A stretch of DNA of 64,000 nt. Source: Malacoraja senta (Eukaryota). Shown one piece after another: positions 1-12,830 of this stretch. The stretch spans positions 250,001 through 314,000 of the forward strand of contig CM076001.1 of the NCBI GenBank assembly GCA_038087875.1, in the 5' to 3' direction. The notes beneath the pieces are model-generated. The model did not search any database. It was not told the DNA's origin and saw only the letters and a list, made by a program, of their open reading frames with translations. The translations under genes were made by a program, and so were the position numbers. The number at the start of each line of letters is the position of its first letter. Positions within the stretch are counted from its first letter, which is position 1.

Positions 1-3000
1 GTTATAAATATAAGCTATTAATTTTTCAGTGTTGGGATGCTTATTCAAACATTCATCAAGAATTTCTGGTTCCCTAGTCCTATAAACTTGTGTATTAGAT
101 TTAACATAATCTCTAACTTGTAGATATCTGAAGAAACTATTTGAGTGCAGTCCATGATTCTGTTGTAACTCTTGAAATGAAAGAAAGATACCTTTCCTAT
201 AAAGATGTCCAATCTTTTTAATTCCATAATTTTTCCATTGTGTGAAACCTTTATCCAATATGGATGGCTTGAATAAAGGATTATTTACAATGGGAAGACA
301 TAGTGGTATGTTATTCAATTTTAAAGCTTTTTAAATTGTTTCCAAATTCGTATTCCACTATGTATTATAGGGTTTTCGTTATAAGTCTTTTTATGCAGTT
401 TTGTGGGAGCAAATATAATCGAACCAATTTCAAAAGGTAAACAGTCTTCCTTTTCCATCCTTAACTAATCTGGTTGTTGATCCATTTCTTCCAGCCAGAA
501 ATTTATGTTTTTAATATGGACTGCCCAGAAATAAAATAAGAAATTTGGCAAGGCCAAACCTCCATTGCTCTTTGACTTACATAAATGTTTTTTACTTATT
601 CTATGATTCTTGTAATCCCAAATAAAGCTTGTAACAATGGAATCGACTTTTTTGGAGAAAAAAATTGGGATATATATCAGAATTAATTGAAATAAGTACA
701 GTAGATGCGGTAAGAAGATCATTTTTATAGCATTAATTCTACCAAGCATTGAAATGGGTAGTGTTTTCCAGTACTGAATATTCTTGTGTAATTTATTCAG
801 TAAGGGTGGAAAATTTAGTTTAAATAAAGAGGTATATGTCTTAGTTACGTAGATTCCTAAATATTTAAGTTTATCTTTAACTATTTTAAAAGGGGATTGT
901 TGTAATGTATGTAAATTGAATTTTGTTATTGGCATGATTTCACTTTTATTCCAGTTAATTCTATATCCTGAAAACTGACCAAATTGAGTTATTAGATTTA
1001 ATAGATTTGGAATACTAGTTTCTAACTTTGTAATATATATTAGTACATCATCTGCATATAAAGAAATTTTATTCCTTGTGTCTCTAGTGTTGTACCCATG
1101 TATTCCTGGATGGGTTCTAATGCTTTCTGCTAATGGTTCAATTGCAAAAGCAAATAATAGTGGGGATAGTGAACATCCTGTCTGCAACCTCTAGAAAGAT
1201 TAAATTTAGATGATAACATTTGGTTTGTTAATATTCTAGCTGTTGGGTTAGAGTATAACAATTTAACCCATGTACAGTACTTCTCTCCCAGTTGGAATTT
1301 TTCCATCACCGAAAATAAATATGACCATTCTACCTGGTCAAATGCTTTTTCAGCATCTAACGAAATAATTGCTAGATCTGCATTAGGAATTCTATTTGTG
1401 TATATAATATTGAATAGTCTTCTCAGATTATAAAATGAGTAACGTTTTCGAATAAAACATGTTTGGTTGGGGTGTATTAATTTGTTAATCACTAAGCTCA
1501 ATCTATGAGATAGGATTTTGTTTAATATTTTCTGATCAGTATTTAAGAGAGCTATTGCTCTATATGAACCTGGGTCTTCAAGATCCTTATCCGTTTTTGG
1601 TATGTATGATTGTAGATTAATTTAGAGTTTCTGGGAGTTTCTGTTGAGTGTAAACGTATTTGTACAGTGTCTGTAGGCGTGGAGAAATCAGATCATAAAT
1701 TTTTAAATAAAATTCAGAGCTTAGACCATCAGGACCTGCGGCCTTTCCATTTTTTAAAGATCTAATTGACTCTTCGATGTCTTTTACCATAATTTCAGCA
1801 TCTAGTGATTCTCTCTCTTTCTGATCTAATCCCGTAAGATTACATTTCTGTAGAAATGTTTCCATTCCTGCTGTTTGTTCTGTCGTTTTAGATGAGTAGT
1901 TGTTGATAGTATTGTAAAAATCTATCATTAATATCTTTAGGCAGTGTTAATGTTTCTCACTTGTCTGATCTAATTTTGTAAATTGTTTTTTCCCCGTCCA
2001 GTTTACGAAGCTGACGCGCAATTAATTTTTGTGGTTTATCACCAAATTCAAAATTTAATTGTTTTGTATGTTGATAAAGTTTTATAACTTGGTCTGAGTA
2101 TATCTTATTTAACTTATATTTCAGTACTGCAATTTTATTGTGTTTTACCATAGATGGTGCTGTTGCATTTTCTATGTCTAATTGCCTTATTTCCATTTCC
2201 AATGTCTGTTGTTTGGCCCTATTCTCTTTGTTAAGAAATGATTGGGAAAAGATTAATGCTCCTTGCACAAATGCTTTAAATGTTTCCCAAAGAAGGGAGG
2301 CAGAGATTCCAGGGCTATCATTAGCCTCAAAAAATATATTAATCTGTTTTACAAGGTATTCATTACATAGCTTTTCTTTTAAGATTTGGGGGTTAAGTCT
2401 CCATTGTGACTGTGTCTTGGCCATTCCGTTTAGTTTAATCATAAATGTTAGTGGAGCATGGTCCGAGATTATAATATTATGATATTGCGAATTATAGGTA
2501 AATGGGATAAGTTTAGAGTCTACTAAGAAATAGTCTATCCTTGAGTAAGTTTTATGCACTGGTGAGTAAAATTAATATTCTCGACCGGATGGGTTTTCAA
2601 TTCTCCAAACATCCTTAATGTTGGTAGTATTAATATATGAGTTTAGAAATTAACTTGACTGAGATTTTAATTTTCTTTGAGTTGATGATCTATCCAAATA
2701 AGCATCCAGTGTACAATTTAAGTCTCCACCGATAATTAAGTTGTGTTGTGTGCATTCCAGGATAATGTTGAGTATTCTCTTAAAAAACAGGGGGCTATCA
2801 AAATTTGGTCCATACACATTAAGGAGAGTCTTTTTTTGAGTATAACTCCCCTACCAATACAATATATCTGCCTTCGATATCTTCTATCGTTGATATATGT
2901 TTAAAGGGTATACCTTTACGAATTAATATTGCAACCCCTCTAGATTTATGTGAAAATGAAGAGTGATACGCTTTAGCAATCCATTTTGCTTTCAATCTAT

Positions 3001-3730
3001 GTTGTGCTTCCTTTTTAAGATGTGTTTCCTGGAGAAATATTATATCTGCTTTAAGTGATTTTAAATGAGCTAATACTTTACCTCTCTTGATTGGTTCATT
3101 AATTCCCTTAACATTCCAGCTACAGAATTTAATTCCTTCACCCCCAATTTTCCTATTAACGTCTTGCATCTTGTGATTAGAGTGGTCTATGTTAGAGCAG
3201 ATGGCTCAGCACGTTAAACCCTACCTTATACCCGAACATCAGGTAGATGAATTTTAGGTCTCGTCGGTTTTCCATCCGGACATATCTCCCTAAATAAAAT
3301 ATATAATTCCATTCCAAATACAAAATATAATATAATATAAGATAGAAAAGGTAAAAAAAAGTTGCGTTAGTAACGTGTAAAGAGTAGAAAAAGAAGAAAA
3401 CTACAACTATGGTTAGTGCAGTTAGTGATAGCCACCCTAATGTGGCTAAGCATCTAAGGACTTCCGTAGCTTTTGGTAAAAAAAAAAATATTACTAGCTC
3501 CGTACTTTCCTTAAAAGAAAAGTTTCAATTTCAATGAAAACAATTTATGGGGGGGGAGGGAAACAATAGTTATATTCCATTATTGAAATAATTATTAGTC
3601 TCCAATTGAAATGTTAGTCTCGTATAGCAAAAAAAAGAAAATAATTGTCTAAGAATAATCAAAGTCAAAAGTATCAGAGAGAAAACTTCCTAAATTTTTA
3701 TTCATAAATTACCTGAATCACATTTTACTT
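1..3730 (-). mobile_element. Degraded L1-clade LINE: ORF2 (APE endonuclease + RT) plus upstream AT-rich spacer, continuing off the left edge
   Basis: Frameshifted ORF pieces with SWNVKG, LQETH, SRIDY, SDH, LDAEKAFD and LYADD motifs. Confidence 0.93.
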
Positions 3731-3732
3731 AT

Positions 3733-4097
3733 AAACAGACCAATTCTTAACGAGTTGGTCTCCATTAATCGACTTCTTGGAAGCTTATGGTGCAACAAAA
3801 TCGTAGAAACCAACTGTTTCAGGACTGGGTGAAGGATGGTCAAGAATATAATTAACTAACTCCTATAATCTCCTACACTCCTTTTTCTCTCTCTTTTTTT
3901 TAAACTTCCCCTTTTTCCCCCCTTTTCCTTTTCACACACCAACACATCACACGTTTTTCTATTTTTTTATTACCTATTCTTTCTTTCTCTCTATTATTAT
4001 TTTAAAAAATAGGAAGCTGTACATAAAACGTAAGATGCCAATATATATATAAGGCACCTTGGTGCCACATTACTGTACTTACTTCTAATAAAATAAA
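3733..4097 (+). mobile_element. L1 3' end in opposite orientation (ORF2 C-terminus + 3' UTR)
   Basis: Encodes DQFLTSWSPLIDFLEAYGATKS*, similar to DHFHLTWSAFIELLQT* in the intact L1. Ends acttctaataaaataaa like the other L1 tails. Confidence 0.8.
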
Positions 4098-4255
4098 CAT
4101 ATTCATGATGTGACATGTAAAGACATTCCTGAATGTTACCCAAACCATCGTGAGCTACTTTGTTACAGTGCTTGCCCTCTCCTATAACGTCTCTGCTGCC
4201 TTGGGTGATGCAGGACAGGACACAAGCTTTGGGACATGGTGTGAAGCTGTTGCCG

Positions 4256-5515
4256 TCTGTCCCAGCCTGGTAAAAACCTGGATGGAGTGGATGTGGAGAG
4301 GATGTTTCCACTAGTGGGAGAGTCTAGGACCAGTGGCCACAGCCTCGGAATTAAAAGACATTCCTTTAGGAAGGAGATGAGCAGGAATTTCTTAAGTCAG
4401 AGGGTGGTGAACTGTGGAATTCATTGCCACAGACAGCTGTGGAGGTCAAGTCAATGGACATTATTCAGGAGGAGATTGATAGATTCTTGATTGATACGGG
4501 TGTCAGAGGTAATGGGGAGAAGGCAGGAGAATGGGTTTGAGAGGGACAGATAGATAGTCGCAGAGTGATACAGTGTGGAAACAGGCCCTTCGGCCCAGCA
4601 TGTCCTATCTGCACTGGTCCCACCTGCCCACGTTTGATCCATATCCCTCCGAACCTGTCCTATCCATGTACCTGTCTAACTGTTTCTTAAATGTTGCGAT
4701 AGTGCCCGCCTCAACTACCTCCTCTGGCAGCTTGTTCCATACACCTACCACCCTTTGTATGAAAAACATACCCCTCAGATTCCTATTAAATCTTTTGCCC
4801 TTCACCTTAAACTTGTGTCCTCTGCTCCTCGATTCACCTACTCTGGGCAAAAGACTCAACCATATCTATTCAAATCATGATTTTATACACCTCTATTAGA
4901 TCATCCCTCATCCTCCTGTGCTCCATGAAATAGACTCCCAGCCTACTCAACCTCTCCCTATAGCTCTGGCCCTCTAGTCCTGGCAACATCCTCGTAAATC
5001 TTCACTGTACCCTTTCCAGTTTGATGACATCTTTCCTATAACATGGTGCCCAGAACTGAATACAATACTCTGAATGCGGCCTCACCAACGTCTTATGCAA
5101 CTGCAACATGACCTCCCAACCTCTATACTCAGCCTGACCCGCTGAGTTACTCCAGCACTCTGTGAAACGTCACAGAACAGGGCAAGATTAGCAAGTTTGC
5201 TGATGATACAGAAGTGAGCGGTTTTGCATATAGTGAAGATGGTTGTGAAAGATTGCAGCAGGATCTGGATCAATTAGCCAGGTGGGCAGAGGAATGGTCG
5301 ATGGTTGCATGGTTCCTTGAAGGTCGTGTCGCAGGTATATCAGGTGGTCAAAACGTATTTTGGCACTTTGGCCTTCATCAGTCAGAGTATTGAGTATAGA
5401 AGTTGGGAGGTCATGTTGCAGTTGTATAAGACGTTGGTGAGACCGCATTTAAAATATAGTGTTCAGTTCTGGGCACCATTTATAGGAAAGATGTCAAACT
5501 GAAAAGAGTACAGAG
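4256..5515. mobile_element. Cluster of CR1 LINE 3' fragments on both strands
   Basis: Peptides SRGHKFKV..RGMFFIQRVVGVWNKLP and LYKTLVRPHL, typical of the CR1 ORF2 C-terminus. Boundaries approximate. Confidence 0.8.
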
Positions 5516-6455
5516 ATCCCCATCCTGGATCAGTCCAATCAGGGTTGTGTCGTCCGCAAACTTGCGAAGCTTGACAGAGGTGTCTGTGGAGGTGCAGTCA
5601 TTGGTGTAGAGAGTAGAGGAGAGGGGAGAGTACGCATCTTGCGGTGCTCCTATGCTGAACGTTTGCGGGTCCGAGATGTGCTTTCCTGTCTCACATGCTG
5701 CTTCCTATCTGTCAGGAAGCTGGTGATCCACGGACAGAGGGGTTCAGGCACAGTCAACTCAGAAGGTTTGGAGCGTAGTAGCTCTGGCACAATGGTGTTG
5801 AATGCAGAGCTAAAATCAACGAACAAAATCCAAGCATAGGTCCCCTGGCGGTCTAGGTGCTGGAGGATGAAGTGCAGGCCCAGATTGACTGCGTCATCCA
5901 CAGGACTATTGGCCCAATATGCAAAATGCAGAGGGTCCAGCAGAGGGATTGTGATATTTGTCAGCTTGGCCAGCACAAGCCTTTCAACGGTCTTCATGAC
6001 TACAGAGGTTTTGATGACTACAGAAGCCTGTAGTCATCAAAACCAGTAATCCTTACCTTTTTGGGTACAGGGACAATAGTGGAGACTTTGAAGCAGGCAG
6101 GGACAGTACATCTTTGCAGGGACTGGTTAAAAATGAGTAATTGGGTGTGAAGTGTTGGTTGGGGTGGGAAAGGGTCCACTCTTTTCATACTGGAGTCTTA
6201 ACTTAAGTAGAAGTGAAGTGGTGAATGGGAAGGAGAGGGTGCAGGGTCTATTCTTTGCAGACTGAGGTCTGGCTGTGTTTATTGGGGAGGGGGGTACCAG
6301 GTTTCTGATTTTCAAACCTGCAGTAAAACTCATTCAGGTTGTTCGTCAGCTGACGATTGTCCAAAGAGCGGGGGGCTTTCCTCATAGCTGGTGATTTCTT
6401 GCTCCTCAACTTCTCAGAGTACCTTTCCTTGGCAGCTGTGATTCCTCTTCTCAGC
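5516..6455 (-). mobile_element. Rex1/Babar-type LINE RT fragment
   Basis: LDPLHFAY..VDDAV..ILFVDFSSAFNTIVP and FADDTT motifs. Confidence 0.8.
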
Positions 6456-6459
6456 TCAT

Positions 6460-7937
6460 TATCGATTAGGCTATCTTTTAACTCTTTAACGATTAGGCTA
6501 TCGGCTTGACGTATATTTGCCCCCCCCCCCCACCCCCCGATCTCGAAATGGAAATGTTACAGCTGTATATAATGATCCCATTAAAATGTATATTTATGTC
6601 ACAAACTATGGAATTCATATTTTTCAGTATTGTTATCAAGGAAAATACAGCAGTTCCAATTGTTTGATATTATTTGATATTGTTTAAAATTATTCATATG
6701 GAGGAGAAAATATAATAGCTCTAAAACCTACCTTAATTTTACAATCTCACTAAAGATAATCCCCCTTTTCATCTTCCCTCCCCCATTACTCTCTCCCCTC
6801 CCTTCCCCTCTCTCTCTCCCCCTCCCACATCCCCCCCTTTCTGGTGGGGGGGGGCGAAGATGAAGGTGGCACGGGCCCAGTGGGCGGGGGGCAATGAAGG
6901 TGGCGTGGGCCCAGTGGGGGTGGCATGCGCCCAGCGGGGGTGGCGTGGGCCCAGCGGGGGTGGCGTGGGCCCAGTGGGGGTGGCGTGGGCCCAGCGGGGG
7001 TGGCGTGGCCCCAGTGGGGGTGGCATGGGCCCAGCGGGGGTGGCGTGGGCCCAGCGGGGGTGGCGTGGGCCCAGTGGGGGTGGCATGGGCCCAGCGGAGG
7101 TGGCGTGGGCCCAGTGGGGGTGGCGTGGGCCCAGTGGGGGTAGCATGGGCCCATCGGGGGTCAGCGGGGGTGGCGTGGGCCCAGCGGGGGTGGCGTGGGC
7201 CCAGTGGGGGTAGCATGGGCCCAGCGGGGGTCAGCAGGGGTGGCGTGGGCCCAGCGGGGGTGGCGTGGGCCCAGCGGGGATCAGCGGGGGTGGCGTGGGG
7301 GGAAGATGGCTTGGGCCCCGGTGGCGGGGGGAGGCGAGGGGAGTGGGCCCCACTGCAGCGGTGTCTGGTGTTGGGGTTACAGCCACTGGGTTCAGATTCA
7401 GCCACTCCCACCCGGCGAAGGCAGAACTTTCTCCCTTTGGTGAGGCTCCGACGCCGCGGATGGAGACGCTGGACCGGGCGGGCAGACACCACACCCCGCG
7501 CACCCCCCCCCTCGCAGGCCCGGAGAAATGGGGACTCCCTTATCCTGCGGGCCAGATTAGTTTGTACTGAGGATAAAAAACAGACTCCCCCTCCTGCAAG
7601 GCAATATTCCACTACTTACCTGGAGTAGACACGAGGCATCGAGCTCAATGTGTGGAGTGCAAATGGCAGCCTGAGCCCGCCCGGGCCCACTGCGCACGCG
7701 TGAAGAGACAACGTCATTTTGCATCGCTTCCCCAACTGTGCAGGTAGATGGTCGCAATTTTTTCTCCCAAATCATCCAGCGTCCGGAACCAGAATTTTGG
7801 GCCCTTTTCCGACAAAGTGGAAACGCTGTTTTTCCCCGATTTTTTCCGATTTTTTCCCCCGATTTTTTTTCTCTTACTCTGGGGTAAAAAAGGGGGTGCG
7901 TTCGCACCCAATGCACCCCCCCCTTCGGATGGCCATG
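6460..7937. mobile_element. Probable truncated non-autonomous DNA transposon (hAT-like) hosting the minisatellite
   Basis: Right end ...ggtgcgttcgcacc..cccccccttcggatggccatg has a subterminal hairpin and CA terminus like the other hAT elements here. No matching left TIR or TSD found. Confidence 0.35.
6866..7300. repeat. G-rich 20-bp minisatellite, consensus GGGGTGGCGTGGGCCCAGYG, about 20 units
   Basis: Directly visible tandem array. Confidence 0.95.
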
Positions 7938-10900
7938 CATTGTGGGTATTACAGAGACATGGCTGCAGGAGGATCGGGACTGGGAACTGAATATTCAGAG
8001 TTATACGTCCTATAGAAAGGACAGGCAGGTGGGTAGAGGAGGTGGGGTAACTCTGTTGGTGAGGGATGATATTCAGTCCCTTGCGAGGGGTGACATAGGG
8101 ACTGACGATGTAGAGTCTCTGTGGATAGAATTGAGGAATTGTAAAGAGAAGAAGACACTAATGGGAGTTATCTACAGTAGCCTGGATACAGGGTGCAAGT
8201 TGCAACAGGAGTTAAAATTGGCATGTAACAAAGGTAATGCCACTGTGGTTATGGGAGATTTCAATATGCAGGTAGACTGGAAAATCAGGTTGGCTCTGGA
8301 CCCCAAGAAATGGAGTTTGTAGAGTGCCTCTGAGGGATTCTTAGAGCAGCTTGTACTGGAGTCTACCAGAGAGAAGGCAATTCTGGATTTAGTGTTGTCT
8401 AATGAACCAGATTTAATAAGGGAACTCAAGGTAAATATGTTACATTTTAATCTGTAATTTGTGAGGGAGAAGGCTAAATCAGAAGTGTCAATGTTGCAGT
8501 TGAAAAAAGGGGACTATGAAGGCACGAGAGAGGAGCTGGTCAAGGTCGACTGGAAAAGGATCCTAGCAGGAATGACGGTGGAACAGCAACGGCAGGAATT
8601 TCTGGGCATAATCCAGAAGATGCAGGATCATTTCTTCCCAAAGAGGAAGAAAGATTCTAAGGGGAGTAAGAGGCAACCGTGGCTGACAAGGGAACTTAGG
8701 GGTGGAATAAAACTGAAAGAAAATGTGTATAACAAAGCAAAGAGTAGCAGGAAGCCAGAGGATTGGGAAACTGTCAAATGACAACAGAAGGTAACAAAAA
8801 GTGCATTAAAGGGTGAAACGATAGAGTATGAAGGTAAGCTGGCCAAGAATATAAAGAAGGATAGTAAAAGCTTCTTCAGGTATGTTAAGAGAAAAAGATT
8901 AGTAAAGAGAAATGTGGGTATCTTGAAGGCTGAAAGGTGAAATTATTATGGGGAACAAGGAAATGGCAGAGGAGTTGAACAGGTACTTCTTCACTAAGGA
9001 AGACACAAACCATCTCCCAGATGTACTAGAAAACAGAGGATCTAGGGAGAGAGAGGAACTGAAAGAAATTTGCATTAGGCGAGAAATAGTATTGGGTAGA
9101 CTGATGGGACTGAAGGCTGATAAATCCCCAGGGCCTGATGGTCTGCAGCCCAGAGTACACAAGGAGCTGGCTCTAGAAATCGGTGATCATTTTCCAATGT
9201 TCTACAGATTCAGGATCAGTTCCTGTGGATTGGAGGGTAGCTAATGTTATCCCACTTTTCAAGAAAGGAGCGAGAGAGAAAACGGGGAATTATAGACCAG
9301 TTATAGACCACTGACATCGGCGGTGGGGAAGATGCTGGAGTCAATTATTAAAGAAGTAACAATGGCACATTTGGATAGCAGTAATATGATTGGTCCAAGT
9401 CAGCATGGATTTATGAAGGGGAAATCCTGCTTGACTAATCTTCTGGATTTTTTGAGGATGTGAAAGGTAAAATGGATGAAGGAGAGCCAGTGGATGTAGT
9501 GTATGTAGAGTTTCAGAAAGCCTTTGATAAGATCCCATACAAGAGATTAGTGGGCAAAATTAGAGCACATGGTATTGGGGGTAGGGTATTGATATAGATA
9601 GAGAATTGGTAGGCAGACAGGAAACAAAGAGTAGGAATAACCGGGTCCTTGTCAGAATGGCAGGCAGTAGCGAGTTGGGTGCCACAAGGCTGGGGCCGCA
9701 ACTTTTACAATATATATTAATGATTTAGATGAGGAATTAAAAGTAACACTAGCAAATTTGCAGATAACACAACACTGGGTGGCAGTGTGAACTGCGAAGA
9801 GGATGCTAGGAGGTTGCAGGGTAACTTGGACAGGTTGAGTGAGTGGGCACATGGGTGGAAATCCTGGGGGGGGAACAGGGGAGTCAGCGCGATGATTGGA
9901 GGAGGGAGGTGTCAGTGAGAGGTGGAAGTAGGGGGGTGGGACTGAGGATAGAGTGCAGTGATTGGAGGAGAGAGACGACCTGGTAGGGCAAAGATCACAG
10001 CGGAGCTTGAATCGACCCGTTCGCGGGGCATTTCGTCACCCGCCGCGGCTTAAAATCGGCCATGGAATATTCCACCGCCCCGTGGTCAAATTGCTGCGTC
10101 GAGGCGATCGAGGCTCCCGATGTTAAAGCCCCCGACAGGCGATGGAAGTTCCCGCGGCCGGTTTTAAGCCGAGCCGGATGATGAAACCCCGCGAATGGGC
10201 CGATTGAAGCCCCACAATTCGGGGCGGACGAAGCTGCTGTTGCTGGAGTTCGGAGTCGGTCACCAATAAGGCAGCTCCCGATGTTACCATCCACAGGGCC
10301 CACGGCCGAAGCCTCGCCTGTGTGTGTGCGCGCGCATGCGAGCACCAAGAAATTGTGTCCCCCCCCCCATGTTTTGATAGCGATTTCTGCCCCTGAGTGG
10401 GCAGATGCATGGCAGATGCAGTATAATGTAGATAAATATGACGCTATCCACTTTGGCGGCAAGAACAAGGATGCAGATTATTATCTCAATGGTACAAAAA
10501 AATGCTGGAGAAACTCAGTGGGTGCAGCAGCATATATGGAGCGAAGGAAATAGGCAACGTCTCGGGCCGAAACCCTTCTTCAGACTGATGGGGGCTAATC
10601 TGACACCATTATCTCAATGGTGTCAGATTAGGAAAAAGGGAAGTGAACGAGACCTGAGTGTTCTTGTACATCAATCACTGAAAGTAAACATGCAGGTACA
10701 GTAGGCAGTGAAGAAAGCTAACAGCATGTTGGCCTTCATAACGAGAGGATTTGAGTATAGGAGTAAAGAGGTCCTTCTGCAGTTGTACAGGGCCCTGGTG
10801 AAACCACATCTGGAATATTGTGTTCAGTTTTGGTCTCCTAATTTGAGAAAGGATATCCTTGCTATTGAGGCAGTGCAGCGTAGGTTTACGAGGTTAATCC

Positions 10901-11361
10901 CCAGGATGGCGGGACTGTCATATGAGGAAAGACTGGGCTTTGTACTTACTGGAATTTAGAAGGATGAGAGGGGTTCTTATAGAAACATATACAATTATAA
11001 AAGGACTGGACAAGCTAGATGCAGGAAAAATGTTCCCAATGTTGGGGGTATCCAGAACCAGGGGCCACAGTCTAAGAATATAGCAGAGGCCATTTATAAC
11101 TGAGATGAGAAAAAACGTTTTCACCCAGAGAGTTGTGAATTTGTGCAATTCTCTGCCACAGAAGGCAGTAGAGGCCAATTCACTGGATGGATTTAAAAGA
11201 GTTAGATAGAGCTCTAGGGGCTAGCGGAATCAATGGATATGGGAAGAAGGCAGGCATGGGTTAGTGATTGTGGATGATCAGCCATGATCACAATGAATGG
11301 TGGTGCAGGCTCGAAGGGCCAATTGGCCTCCTCCTCCACCTATTTTCTATGTTTCTATGTT
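7938..11361 (+). mobile_element. Degraded CR1 LINE, nearly whole ORF2 plus 3' UTR
   Basis: GITETWL, MGDFN, KSPGPDG, KFADNT and LYRALVKPHLEYC motifs, ending in a (tttctatg)n tail. Confidence 0.92.
9850..10395. mobile_element. Non-autonomous hAT element nested in CR1
   Basis: Imperfect 14-bp TIRs (catgggtggaaatc / gatttctgcccctg) and a perfect 8-bp TSD agtgggca at 9842-9849 and 10396-10403. Confidence 0.88.
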
Positions 11362-11611
11362 AACCCAACCAGTTTAAAATGGAGCATGGGAAACATCCTC
11401 AATCAGCCTGAAAGGAGAATGTAAACTGAAGCTCCAGTGCTTAAAGGGAATCAACATCACCTGCTCTGCAGATGGTGAGCTGTTGGGGTTTATAAAGAAG
11501 AAAATACCAGATTAGAATTTAACTGTAAGCCATTACATCTTTCTTACAGGGTTTGACCTGAACCTTTACCTGAATCTTCCCACAGATGCTGCCTGACAAA
11601 TACTATTTTCA

Positions 11612-11880
11612 GTGTGTAGGAACAAACTGGAGATGCTGGATTAAATTGAAGGTAGACACAAAATGTTGGAGTAACTCAGCCGGACAGGCAGCATCTCTGG
11701 AGAGAAGGAATGAGTGACGTTTCAGGTCGAGACCCCTCTTCAGACTGACTCCCCTGACATCACTCTGAAGCCCACTCCCCTGACATCAGTCTGAAGAAGG
11801 GGCTCGACCTGAAACATCACCCATTCCTTTTCTCCAGAGATGCTGCCTGACCCTCTGAGTTACTCCAGGAATTAGTGTCT
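11612..11880. mobile_element. Short foldback Penelope-terminus element, representative of a family with about 20 copies in the window
   Basis: Two inverted copies of the sequence found at the ends of the Penelope element (27070-27190 and 31075-31172). Flanked by the near-direct repeat aaatactattttcag / aaatacgatttccag. Confidence 0.75.
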
Positions 11881-12574
11881 AAATACGATTTCCAGCATTG
11901 TTTTGTTCTTTAAAAACTTAAGGCACAGTATGCACCAAAGTATTCGTATTGCATCTGTAAAGGCATTACAGTTCTGATGTCTCGACCCGAAACGTCACCT
12001 ACTCCTTTTCTCTATAAATGCTGCCTCACTCGTTGAGTCTCTCCAGCATTTGTCTACTTACAGTTCTGATGTAAGGAGGTATTAAACTTCAATATAGTTG
12101 AATTAGAGAGACATTCAGAAGTGATTAAGGTGAATACAACATTAATACAGTTGGACACCTAGTAATGCTTAAGTAAACATGTTACAAAATGGACATTGTC
12201 ACAAAAATGGAGGGATCGCAGGACTTGACCACATCCATTTCTGAGTCTCAGACAGAACTGATCAGCTCGGCTTCCCTACCAGCACTGAGCTGCATAATGA
12301 AGGTGAGAATACAGAGATATTGTCATTCAGTGACATTGGTAGTCTGGTTTGTATCATGGAATGTACACAAGATGGTTAAACCATTCCAATATTTGTAAAT
12401 TAAACCAATCCGATCTCTGTAAAACACCCGATTGATTATGGAGATAACAAATGTAATTGTAATAAACAGAGAAGGATTGGAAAAGGATATTATAAAAGTC
12501 TTTTGTTCTGCAGGGAGTTTAACCGGCAGACAGCACTCCAGCATAGTATTTGAAAGAAACCTGGGCTAGGGAGT

Positions 12575-12830
12575 TCAGTTTAGTTTAGAATACAGGGTGG
12601 AAGCAGGCCCTTTGGCCCACGCCGACCAACGATCCCCCTGTACACTAAGTCTATACTACGCACTAGAGAAAACTTACAGAAGCCAATTTATCTACAATGC
12701 TGCACATCTTCAGAATGTGGGTGGAAGCCGGAGTACCCAGAAACCCCCCGCAGTCACAGGGAGAACATACAAACTCTGCTCAGATGGCATTCGTAATCAA
12801 GAAGGGTCTCTCACGCTATCAGAGAGCATC
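12575..12830 (-). mobile_element. Degraded V-SINE (HE1-like)
   Basis: Similar to the better-preserved copy at 21860-22169. Confidence 0.65.

Noticed and set aside
6728..7628. Several overlapping Pro-, Gly- and Trp-rich ORFs up to 294 aa
   Set aside because: They are a by-product of a stop-free GC-rich minisatellite that is open in most frames.
12189..12302. Possible plus-strand exon MDIVTKMEGSQDL...CIMK|gtgag of a neighbouring gene
   Set aside because: No recognisable homology and no partner exons found. It would need RNA-seq or tBLASTn support.
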